Source of the DNA: Octopus sinensis
Taxonomy: Eukaryota
Assembly (NCBI RefSeq): GCF_006345805.1
Contig: NC_043016.1
Coordinates: 6,510,001 to 6,574,000 of the forward strand
DNA: 64,000 nt
Reading direction: 5' to 3'
Part shown: positions 10,792 through 21,755 of the stretch, one piece after another
How the letters are laid out: every line of letters starts with the position of its first letter
Numbering within the stretch: the first letter of the stretch is position 1
The notes under the pieces: generated by a model
Told to the model about the DNA's origin: nothing
Seen by the model: the letters and a program-made list of their open reading frames with translations, nothing else
Databases searched by the model: none
Position numbers and translations under genes: made by a program

Positions 10792-13700
10792 GAGGGGAGC
10801 AGAGTAGGATTGACCCCCAAAACCACATGGTTGCAAAGTGAGGTTGGGGAGCAGAGTAGGATTGACCCCCAAAACCACATGGTTGCAAAGTGAGGTTGGG
10901 GAGCAGAGTAGGATTGACCCCCAAAACCACATGGTTGCAAAGTGAGGTTGGGGAGCAGAGTAGGATTGACCCCCAAAACCACATGGTTGCAAAGTGAGGT
11001 TGGGGAGCAGAGTAGGATTGACCCCCAAAACCACATGGTTGCAAAGTGAGGTTGGGGAGCAGAGTAGGATTGACCCCCAAAACCACATGGTTGCAAAGTG
11101 AGGTTGGGGAGCAGAGTAGGATTGACCCCCAAAACCACATGGTTGCAAAGTGAGGTTGGGGAGCAGAGTAGGATTGACCCCCAAAACCACATGGTTGCAA
11201 AGTGAGGTTGGGGAGCAGATTAGGATTGACCCCAAAACCACATGGTTGCAAAGTGAGGTTGGGGAGCAGAGTAGGATTGACCCCGAAAACCACATGGTTG
11301 CAAAGTGAGGTTGGGGAGCAGAGTAGGATTGACCCCGAAAACCACATGGTTGCAAAGTGAGGTTGGGGAGCAGAGTAGGATTGACCCCCAAAACCACATG
11401 GTTGCAAAGTGAGGTTGGGGAGCAGAGTAGGATTGACCCCCGAAACCACATGGTTGCAAAGTGAGGTTGGGGAGCAGAGTAGGATTGACCCCCGAAACCA
11501 CATGGTTGCAAAGTGAGGTTGGGGAGCAGAGTAGGATTGACCCCCGAAACCACATGGTTGCAAAGTGAGGTTGGGGAGCAGAGTAGGATTGACCCCCGAA
11601 ACCACATGGTTGCAAAGTGAGGTTGGGGAGCAGAGTAGGATTGACCCCCAAAACCACATGGTTGCAAAGTGAGGTTGGGGAGCAGAGTAGGATTGACCCC
11701 CAAAACCACATGGTTGCAAAGTGAGGTTGGGGAGCAGAGTAGGATTGACCCCGAAAACCACATGGTTGCAAAGTGAGGTTGGGGAGCAGAGTAGGATTGA
11801 CCCCCAAAACCACATGGTTGCAAAGTGAGGTTGGGGAGCAGAGTAGGATTGACCCCCAAAACCACATGGTTGCAAAGTGAGGTTGGGGAGCAGAGTAGGA
11901 TTGACCCCGAAAACCACATGGTTGCAAAGTGAGGTTGGGGAGCAGAGTAGGATTGACCCCCAAAACCACATGGTTGCAAAGTGAGGTTGGGGAGCAGAGT
12001 AGGATTGACCCCCAAAACCACATGGTTGCAAAGTGAGGTTGGGGAGCAGAGTAGGATTGACCCCCAAAACCACATGGTTGCAAAGTGAGGTTGGGGAGCA
12101 GAGTAGGATTGACCCCCAAAACCACATGGTTGCAAAGTGAGGTTGGGGAGCAGAGTAGGATTGACCCCGAAAACCACATGGTTGCAAAGTGAGGTTGGGG
12201 AGCAGAGTAGGATTGACCCCGAAAACCACATGGTTGCAAAGTGAGGTTGGGGAGCAGAGTAGGATTGACCCCCAAAACCACATGGTTGCAAAGTGAGGTT
12301 GGGGAGCAGAGTAGGATTGACCCCCAAAACCACATGGTTGCAAAGTGAGGTTGGGGAGCAGAGTAGGATTGACCCCCAAAACCACATGGTTGCAAAGTGA
12401 GGTTGGGGAGCAGAGTTGGATTGACCCCGAAAACCACATGGTTGCAAAGTGAGGTTGGGGAGCAGAGTAGGATTGACCCCCAAAACCACATGGTTGCAAA
12501 GTGAGGTTGGGGAGCAGAGTAGGATTGACCCCAAAACCACATGGTTGCAAAGTGAGGTTGGGGAGAGCAGAGTAGGATTGACCCCCAAAACCACATGGTT
12601 GCAAAGTGAGGTTGGGGAGCAGAGTTGGATTGACCCCCGAAAACCACATGGTTGCAAAGTGAGGTTGGGGAGCAGAGTAGGATTGACCCCAAAACCACAT
12701 GGTTGCAAAGTGAGGTTGGGGAGCAGAGTAGGATTGACCCCCAAAACCACATGGTGCAAAGTGAGGTTGGGGAGCAGAGTAGGATTGACCCCCAAAACCA
12801 CATGGTTGCAAAGTGAGGTGGGGAGCAGAGTAGGATTGACCCCCAAAACCACATGGTTGCAAAGTGAGGTTGGGGAGCAGAGTAGGATTGACCCCCAAAA
12901 CCACATGGTTGCAAAGTGAGGTTGGGGAGCAGAGTAGGATTGACCCCAAAAACCACATGGTTGCAAAGTGAGGTTGGGGAGCAGAGTAGGATTGACCCCC
13001 AAAACCACATGGTTGCAAAGTGAGGTTGGGGAGCAGAGTAGGATTGACCCCCAAAACCACATGGTTGCAAAGTGAGGTTGGGGAGCAGAGTAGGATTGAC
13101 CCCCAAAACCACATGGTTGCAAAGTGAGGTTGGGGAGCAGAGTAGGATTGACCCCGAAAACCACATGGTTGCAAAGTGAGGTTGGGGAGAGAGTAGGATT
13201 GACCCCCAAAACCACATGGTTGCAAAGTGAGGTTGGGGAGCAGAGTAGGATTGACCCCCAAAACCACATGGTTGCAAAGTGAGGTTGGGGAGCAGAGTAG
13301 GATTGACCCCCAAAACCACATGGTTGCAAAGTGAGGTTGGGGAGCAGAGTAGGATTGACCCCGAAAACCACATGGTTGCAAAGTGAGGTTGGGGAGCAGA
13401 GTAGGATTGACCCCCAAAACCACATGGTTGCAAAGTGAGGTTGGGGAGCAGAGTAGGATTGACACCCAAAACCACATGGTTGCAAAGTGAGGTTGGGGAG
13501 CAGAGTAGGATTGACCCCGAAAACCACATGGTTGCAAAGTGAGGTTGGGGAGCAGAGTAGGATTGACCCCCAAAACCACATGGTTGCAAAGTGAGGTTGG
13601 GGAGCAGAGTAGGATTGACCCCGAAAACCACATGGTGCAAAGTGAGGTTGGGGAGCAGAGTAGGATTGACCCCCAAAACTACATGGTTGCAAAGTGAGTT

Positions 13701-14166
13701 GGGGAGCAGAGTAGGATTGACCCCCAAAACCACATGGTTGCAAAGTGAGGTTGGGGAGCAGAGTAGGATTGACCCCCAAAACCACATGGTTGCAAAGTGA
13801 GGTTGGGGAGCAGAGTAGGATTGACCCCCAAAACCACATGGTTGCAAAGTGAGGTGGGGAGCAGAGTAGGATTGACCCCAAAACCACATGGTTGCAAAGT
13901 GAGGTTGGGGGGGAGCAGAGTAGGATTGACCCCCAAAACCACATGGTTGCAAAGTGAGGTTGGGGAGCAGAGTAGGATTGACCCCCAAAACCACATGGTT
14001 GCAAAGTGAGGTTGGGGAGCAGAGTAGGATTGACCCCCAAAACCACATGGTTGCAAAGTGAGGTTGGGGAGCAGAGTAGGATTGACCCCCAAAACCACAT
14101 GGTTGCAAAGTGAGGTTGGGGAGCAGAGTAGGATTGACCCCCAAAACCACATGGTTGCAAAGTGAG
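10792..14166. repeat. 52-bp minisatellite, ~65 units
   Basis: Unit GAGGTTGGGGAGCAGAGTAGGATTGACCCCCAAAACCACATGGTTGCAAAGT; period 52 (agagtagg at 10801 and 10853); variants mostly in the CCCCCAAAA run. Confidence 0.98.
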
Positions 14167-14577
14167 TTGTTGTTCAAGAAAAATATCAATAGAAAACATC
14201 TCAAAGCCACAGGATGAGCGTTGGTCTGCTGTAACGTGGCTGAATTATGTCCAAGCAACAACAATATCAATAGAAAACATCCAGCCAAAGAAGAATGTAA
14301 ACGAAATTAAAATGCAAATTGATTTATATTCAGGGAATGCATTTAAAATCTCTTAAATGTACCACCAGGATGTGGAGTTAATACAAGTTGAACTTCTTCC
14401 AGAATTAATGGAAATATTTAATGTAAGGAAACATTGATATTTCTTTCATGCAGCAAATGTTTACAGCTGTATTTTCTTTGTGACTATTGACTAGATGCAT
14501 CATCATCATCATTATCGTTTAGCGTCCGTTTTCCATGCTAGCATGGGTTGGACGGCATATATATATATATATATATA

Positions 14578-14790
14578 ATGTGACCGTGTGTGTACTGCTG
14601 ACGATTTTTTTTTCCTCCGTCTTCCCTTCTTTGGATCTTTCCTTTTCCTATGTTTCCGATGAAGAGCTCCGCTTGAAACGTTAAACCCTCCTTCTTCCCT
14701 TCCTTCCTGAGCATCCAATAATACTATATTTGTTCCATGTCCTCACGTTGTTGTGTTCTCTCTTTGTGTTTTCATGTTTAGATCAACTAT
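14578..14790 (+). mobile_element. ~200-bp pyrimidine-rich (TA)n-flanked element carrying a minimal HHR, copy 1
   Basis: High similarity to 38541-38768; flanked by (TA)n on both sides. Confidence 0.85.
14652..14686 (+). ncRNA. Minimal type-I hammerhead motif (U4C variant)
   Basis: gttt-CCGATGA-A-GAGC-tcc-GCTT-GAAAC-GTT-aaac: 4-bp stem I, 4-bp stem II, palindromic AACGTT stem III. Confidence 0.7.
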
Positions 14791-14792
14791 AT

Positions 14793-14844
<52 letters not shown>

Positions 14845-15043
14845 TACAAAATTAGAGAATGGAGAAATATACTTAAATCAGTAAAACATCAACTATCCGA
14901 TGATACTCAATCCATACTTTAATACACCATTACATATGAGTAAAGGCAATACATAAAATGAAATGAGATATACAGTAATAGTAACAAGATAAAGAGATAT
15001 AAGTAAAAAATTTTCAAATATAATATGCAAATAAATCAAAACT

Positions 15044-15147
15044 GACAGCTGTTTCGGCAGTGAGGACAGTCATACCTCATTTAACCTATAAGCCATAAAG
15101 GCAGGTATAAATGAGGCATTAACAAGGATGCCCCACGGCCTCTTCAG
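15044..15147 (-). ncRNA. Type-I hammerhead motif, left palindrome arm
   Basis: Minus strand CTGAAGA-GGC..GCC-GAAAC-AGCT-GTC with a long hairpin inside stem II. Confidence 0.7.
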
Positions 15148-15493
15148 AGAATTAAATTAAATTTGTTATAATAGTGAAAAATATTATACAATCATATACA
15201 TATAAATATAAAAATATAAAAATGTAAAATATAAAAACTTATACATCATAAAGCTACACTTATATAATATAATACACATTTGTACAAAAAGGAAGGTAAA
15301 CAGAACAAAATAAAACAAAATATATAATAGTGTATATATTAATATCAATAAGTACCGATATTATACATATTTGGCTAATAGTTTTTTTTATATATATAAA
15401 AAAAAGGCTAACATATATGGAGATGAAAAATAATAATTAAATCCGTGGTACAGTTCATAAGATTCTAAGCTATAAAAGTTAATAAAAATTACT

Positions 15494-15550
<57 letters not shown>

Positions 15551-15723
15551 TATAATAAAAATAGATACAGTTAAGTTAGCACCAAGTCCATCCTTACAAG
15601 ATCGAAATAACTATGAGTTAAGAAATGCTGACCACTAGTGGTCAGCATTTCTTAACTCATAGTTATTTCGATCTTGTAAGGATGGACTTGGTGCTAACTT
15701 AACTGTATCTATTTTTTATTATA

Positions 15724-15796
<73 letters not shown>

Positions 15797-16145
15797 AGTA
15801 ATTTTTATTAACTTTTATAGCTTTAGAATCTTATGAACTGTACCACGGATTTAATTATTATTTTTCATCTCCATATATGTTAGCCTTTTTTTTATATATA
15901 TATAAAAAAAACTATTAGCCAAATATGTATAATATCGGTACTTATTGATATTAATATATACACTATTATATATTTTGTTTTATTTTGTTCTGTTTACCTT
16001 CCTTTTTTGTACAAATGTGTATTATATTATATAAGTGTAGCTTTATGATGTATAAGTTTTTATATTTTACATTTTTATATTTTTATATTTATATGTATAT
16101 GATTGTATAATATTTTTCACTATTATAACAAATTTAATTTATTCT

Positions 16146-16248
16146 CTGAAGAGGCCGGGGGCATCCTTGTTAATGCCTCATTTATACCTGCCTTTATGGC
16201 TTATAGGTTAAATGAGGTATGACTGTCCTCACTGCCGAAACAGCTGTC
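16146..16248 (+). ncRNA. Type-I hammerhead motif, right palindrome arm
   Basis: CTGAAGA(16146-52) GGC..GCC GAAAC AGCT GTC(16246-48); internal hairpin atgcctcattta/taaatgaggtat; stem I weak (2 bp). Confidence 0.7.
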
Positions 16249-16618
16249 AGTTTTGATTTATTTGCATATTATATTTGAAAATTTTTTACTTATATCTCTT
16301 TATCTTGTTACTATTACTGTATATCTCATTTCATTTTATGTATTGCCTTTACTCATATGTAATGGTGTATTAAAGTATGGATTGAGTATCATCGGATAGT
16401 TGATGTTTTACTGATTTAAGTATATTTCTCCATTCTCTAATTTTGTAGTATTAATTTACGGTAATATTATTACCTTACCCATATAATGCAAAAGATGAAC
16501 TGATTGTTTGACAATTTTTAACATCTATGTATTAATTTTGTTGGGTACCTATCTAGCAGTATATTGGATATATATTATCCCATGGTGGGTTGAATTTTCA
16601 ACCCCTATCTCATTTTAT

Positions 16619-16662
<44 letters not shown>

Positions 16663-16694
16663 TATATATATATATATATTATATAATCAGGTAG

Positions 16695-17525
16695 TTTTAT
16701 GAAGGAGTCATACCCAATGACTGGTGTAGCAGCACCATAGTCAACTGCTACAAGGGTAAAAGTGATGCTTTAGATAGAAATAACTATAGGGGTATCAAAT
16801 TATTGGATCAGGTGATGAAAGTTACAGAGAGGGTCATAGCCCAACTAATTAGGGAGAGAGTTAGCCTAGATGGTTTTGCAACAAGCAGAGGCACCACTGA
16901 TGCTATATTTCTGGTAAGACAGCCGCAGGAGAAATACATAGCCAAAGATAAACCTCTGTACTTGGCTTTTGTTGACAAAGAGAAAGCCTTTGACAGGGTC
17001 CCTCGATCCCTTATCTGGTGGTCAATTTGGAAACTGGGGATAGATAAGTAGTTGGTAAGAGCTGTACAAGCCTTGTACAGGGATGCTGTCAGTAAGATGA
17101 GGGTTGGCAACGAGTATAGTGAAGAATTCCGAGTAGAAGTAGGGGTTCACTAAGGATCAGTCCTCAGCCCCTTCTTATCCATTATGGTCCTCCAAGCAAT
17201 AAACAAAGGAATTCAAGACAGGCTGTCCCTGGCTGCTTCTCTATGCTGTTGACTTTGCCCTAATAGCTGAGTCACTGCCAGAACTAGAGGCGAAGTTTAG
17301 GGTGTGGAATCAATGTGTAGAATCAAAGGGCCTTAGAGTCAATCTAGTAAAAACCAAAGTCTTAGTATGTAGAAAGGCTGTCAAACCACAATCCCCTTCA
17401 TGTAGATGGCCCCTGCTTGATCTGTAGATAAGGCGTGGGTAGAAACTCCATACGATATACCTGGTGTAAGCTATGGGCACATAAAATGTGCAGCGATATC
17501 AAAGGAAGGTTAGCTGGGTCCCTGT
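16695..17525 (+). mobile_element. RTE-clade RT fragment, copy B
   Basis: GVIPNDW, NYRGIKLLDQVMKVTERV, TTDAIF, LAFVDKEKAFDRVP, degenerate Cys finger. Confidence 0.88.
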
Positions 17526-18130
17526 TAGGAAAATTCTCCTTCTCCCATGCATTCTCCTCATCTAGCAGCCTTTCATAGTAGCAATTCCATGCCTCTTTCT
17601 TTTCAGAATAATTAAAGCAAACGTATCATCATCCATTCATATACACTTCTCTCCTACAACATTTCAATTTTCTCTAATACACTCTCTTACTATCTAGAAA
17701 ACCTTATGCCTCTGGCGCTCATGCTCTACAACATTGGCAGACCTCTTCCTTTCAACTTTACCATTTACCAGATAGACCTGCTACCCAGCTTCTCTTCTAG
17801 ACACCTGCATATTTCTCTGCTCTTCCCATTCTTCCAATCCTTCCCAACCTGTCTCTTTGCTTTTATGACTCTGTCAACTTTACTTTTCCACTGCCATGTT
17901 ACCCATGGTCTGGTTAGAACTTTGCACCAGCCACAAATTTGATCCATTGTCATCAATGATTTGTCTTGAAGGAACTTTCAGTTCTCCTCTACATTGTAAG
18001 TTGCTATTACCTCCTCCTTCCCATCAAACACTTTACTTCTTTAAATTTCTGACTGTTCACTGAATCTTTAAGCTTCCATAACTTGCTTTTGCAGACTGGT
18101 ACCTATCTTCGAGTCCTTTTAGCTCTAAGT
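17520..18130 (-). mobile_element. RTE-clade APE-RT linker fragment, inverted relative to copy B
   Basis: DQICGWCKV..PWVTWQWKSKVDRVIKAKRQ..WKNG, homologous to 22610-22760. Confidence 0.7.
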
Positions 18131-18249
18131 TTGAAATTGCTAGCTACTAACCTATTTTGGGTTGTATATTCCTCACCTGGGAAGGACTTTGCATTCAGAA
18201 ATATCTGTCTGTCCTGTTTTCTATTGAGAATGTAGTTAACCTGACTTTT

Positions 18250-18362
18250 GTCAGCCTGGGGCTGTAGTAGAAAACAACTTGCCCAAGGTGCTGTGCAGTG
18301 GAACTGAACCTGAAATCAAGTGGTTGTAAAGTGAGCTTCCTAACCACACAGCCACGCTTGTA
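18250..18362 (-). mobile_element. SINE S2-type tRNA head
   Basis: ttgcccaaggtgctgtgcagtggaactgaacctgaaatc..ggttgtaaagtgagcttcctaaccacacagcc. Confidence 0.65.
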
Positions 18363-19088
18363 CCTAGATAGACAATAAATCTATAAATATTTCCCTTTAG
18401 TCATCTCAAGTAATTCATTATTAGCTGCCATATAACCATTTTTGTGATAATGGAGTTTGTTTTGGCAGCATTTCCAGTTCTGTATCTATTACCATTTCCA
18501 CTTCCTGTTCTATATCCATTCCTAATCAATGCTTCTTTACTCTTTAACTTTTGTTAGCTTTATGAGTTATTAATTGGTAAATGATATTTTAAAAACCATG
18601 TGTGCATCGGGCATAAATAGCAGACCTGAACATAAGACATGACAAAAAAAAAAAAAAAAAAAAAGCATGCCCCCCCCCCCAAAAAAAAAAAAAACAAAAA
18701 AGAAGAAGGAAAAAACTGAAATTAGAAAGTGAGCATCAGGTTACATACTGATTTTTCATTTGATACTCTTTCATTTATCTTTGGTATTAATCTAAATCCT
18801 TCAGTAAGTATTAAAATACAAGAATATTCTTTGGATATCATATATTTGGGTTTTGGCTATAATCACCAAGAACAAAATGGAATAGAAACTACTTTCTATA
18901 CAAACACACACACGTGCGCATACATCCACATATGTAGACATAGGCATTGTGTGAGTCCCAGCATGGCCTTGGATGCAGGCATGGCAAAGAAGTTTGCTTT
19001 GTAGCCATATTATCTCAAATTCAATCACACTGTAGAGTGTGCTTTTTCTTCTTCAGCCTTCAGCTACCAATACTTTCTATGGAATCCC

Positions 19089-19157
<69 letters not shown>

Positions 19158-19320
19158 GTGTGTGTGTGTGTGTGTGTCATCATCATCACATCATCATCAT
19201 CATCATCATCACACATATACACACAGTATATATATCTGTATGCATATATACAAATAATTAATTAATAATTTTTTACCCTATATCTGTAATGAAATATATA
19301 TATATATATATATATATATA

Positions 19321-19980
19321 TCATCATCATTGTCCATCATCATCGTTTAACGTCTGCTTTCCATCCTAGCATGGGTTGGACTGTTCAACTGGGGTCTGGG
19401 AAGCCAAAAGGCTGCACCAGGCTCCAGTCTGATCTGGCACTGTTTCTATGGCTGGATGGCCTTCCTAACGCCAACCACTCCATGAGTGTAGTGGGTCTTT
19501 TTACGTGCCACCGGCACAGGTGCTAGACGAGGCTGACAAACGGCCACGATCGGATGGTGCTTTTTACGTGCCACCAGCACGGAGGCCAGGCGAGGCTGGC
19601 AACGGCCACGATCGGATGATGCTTTTTACGTGCCACCGGCACGGAGGCCAGGCGAGGCTGGCAATGGCCACGATCGGATGGTGCTTTTTACGTGCCACCG
19701 GCACGGAGGCCAGGCGAGGCTGGCAATGGCCACGATCGGATGGTGCTTTTTATGTGCCACCAGCACGAAGCCAATCGGGGCAGTGCTGGTAACGGCCACG
19801 TTCGGATGGTTCTTTACATACAACCGGTACTGGTATCACAGCTGCAATTTCCATTGATGTTGATCGATTTTGATTTTGGATTTTCACTTGCCTCAATAGG
19901 TCTTCACATGTAGAGTTTTGTGTCCCAAGAAGGAAAGATATGCATAAGTGGACTGGCTACATGGGTTATGGTCTCAGGGG
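19321..19980 (-). mobile_element. RTE 3' UTR element, tail at left, five 62-bp internal repeats
   Basis: (CAT)n tail at 19321; reverse of the aggaagggcatccagc tail; 62-bp units at 19503-19790. Confidence 0.85.
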
Positions 19981-20000
19981 TTATATATTTATATATAAAT

Positions 20001-21510
20001 AAAAGGGCCTTAGAATCAACCTAGCCAAAACCAAAGTGCTAATAAGTAGGAAGGTAGACCAATCACAAACGCCTTCAGGTAGATGGCCCTGCTCGATCTG
20101 TAGAAAAGGTGTAGGTAGAAACTCTATAAGATGCACCAAGTGTAAGCTATGGACACATAAGAGGTGCAGCAATGTCAAAGGAAGGCTAACTAGGAAGATG
20201 GTTTTTGTATGTGGCAGATGCTCAGGAACAATAAACACTGAAAATGCTCTGAGACCAACTTCCGTCACTTTCCAGGGAGAAAAACTAGAAGTAGTTGATA
20301 GTTTCCGCTACCTAGGTGACCAAGTCAGTAGCGGGGGCGGGTGTGCTGAAAGTATAACTGCTAGAGTAAGAATAGCCTGGGCAAAGTTTAGAGAGCTCTT
20401 ACCCCTGCTGGTGACAAAAGGCCTCTCGCTCAAAGTAAAAGGCAGACTGTATGATGCATGTGTACGTACAGCCATGCTACATGGTAGTGAAACTTGGGCT
20501 GTGACTGCTGAGGATTTGCGTAAGCTTGCAAGAAATGAAGCCAGTATGCTCCGATGGATGTGTAACGTCAGTATTCATAATCGACAGAGTGTAAGTACCT
20601 TGAGAGAAAAGTTGAACCTAAGAAGCATCAGTTGTTGTGTGCAAGAGAGACGTTTGCGCTGGTATGGTCATGTGATGAGAATGGCTGAAGATAGTTGTGT
20701 GCGAAAGTGCCACACCCTGGCAGTTGAGGGGACCTGTGGAAGAGGTAGACCCAGGAAAACCTGGTCGAGGTGGTGAAGCACGACCTTCGAAATTTAGGTC
20801 TCACCAAGGAAATGACCAGTGACCGAGACCTTTGGAAGTATGCTGTGCATGAGAAAACCCGGCAAGACCAGTGAGAACAGTCAAAATCAAAATCAAACCA
20901 AATATCAGAAAGCAGAAACAAATTGAGGTCGATCAACACCAGGGCCCCCGTGCAGGTGACACGTAAAAGCACCATCCGTTCGTGGCCGTTTGCCAGCCCT
21001 GTCTGGCCCCCGTGTCGGTGGCACATAAAAGCACCATCCGTTCGTGTTCGTTGCCAGCCTGGCCTGGCCCCCGTGCCGGTGACACGTAAAAGCACCATCC
21101 GTTCGTGGCCGTTTGCCAGCTCTGTCTGGCCCCCGTGCTGGTGACACGTAAAAGCACCATCCGTTCGTGGCCGTTTGCCAGGCCTGTCTGGCCCCCGTGT
21201 CGGTGGCATGTAAAAGCACCATCCATTCGTGTCCGTTGCCAGCCTCGCCTGGCCCCCGTGCTGGTGACCAGTAAAAGCACCATCCGTTTCGTGGCCGTTT
21301 GCCAGCTCTGTCTGGCCCCCGTGTTGGTGGCACGTAAAAGCACCATCCGTTCGTGTCCGTTGCCAGCCTCGCCTGGCCCCGTGCCGGTGACACGTAAAAG
21401 CACCATCCGTTCGTGGCCGTTTGCCAGCTCTGTCTGGCACCTGTGCGGGTTGAACCGTCCAACCCATGCTAGCATGGAGAACGGATGCCAGAGGATGATG
21501 ATGATGATGA
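20001..21510 (+). mobile_element. RTE 3' fragment (PHD-like finger, C-terminus, 3' UTR with eight ~62-bp repeats, (ATG)n tail), copy C
   Basis: ORF 20036-20776; repeat period 61-62 at 20971-21402; tail ends ~21510. Confidence 0.92.
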
Positions 21511-21718
21511 TATAAATAATAATTTAATAATTTTTTATCCTATATCTGTAATGAAATATATATATATATAATATATACATATATATAATACGGATAAGAT
21601 CGTTATTTAATTATTGATCTTATCAAGTAGCCAGCATGGGAATAAAAACCTTCAAACGTAATAATTATTATTAAAATTATAATTTTATATATATATATGT
21701 ATATATGTATGTATATAT

Positions 21719-21755
<37 letters not shown>

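Larger units (their letters stand above)
14841..16451. repeat. Spacer-less ~1.6-kb palindrome (arms ~800 bp)
   Basis: Centre between 15636 and 15637 (ACCACT|AGTGGT); ends ATACTACAAAA / TTTTGTAGTAT; differences seen are mainly homopolymer and (AAT)n length. Confidence 0.95.

Noticed and set aside
10792-14166. CRISPR-like array (also the 62-bp arrays at 19.5 and 21 kb)
   Set aside because: No unique spacers, no cas genes, animal DNA; these are plain tandem repeats.
10540-14288. Three ~1000-1200 aa minus-strand ORFs
   Set aside because: The 52-bp unit happens to lack stops on that strand and cycles through all frames; frames swap at single-base indels; the unit is SINE-derived.
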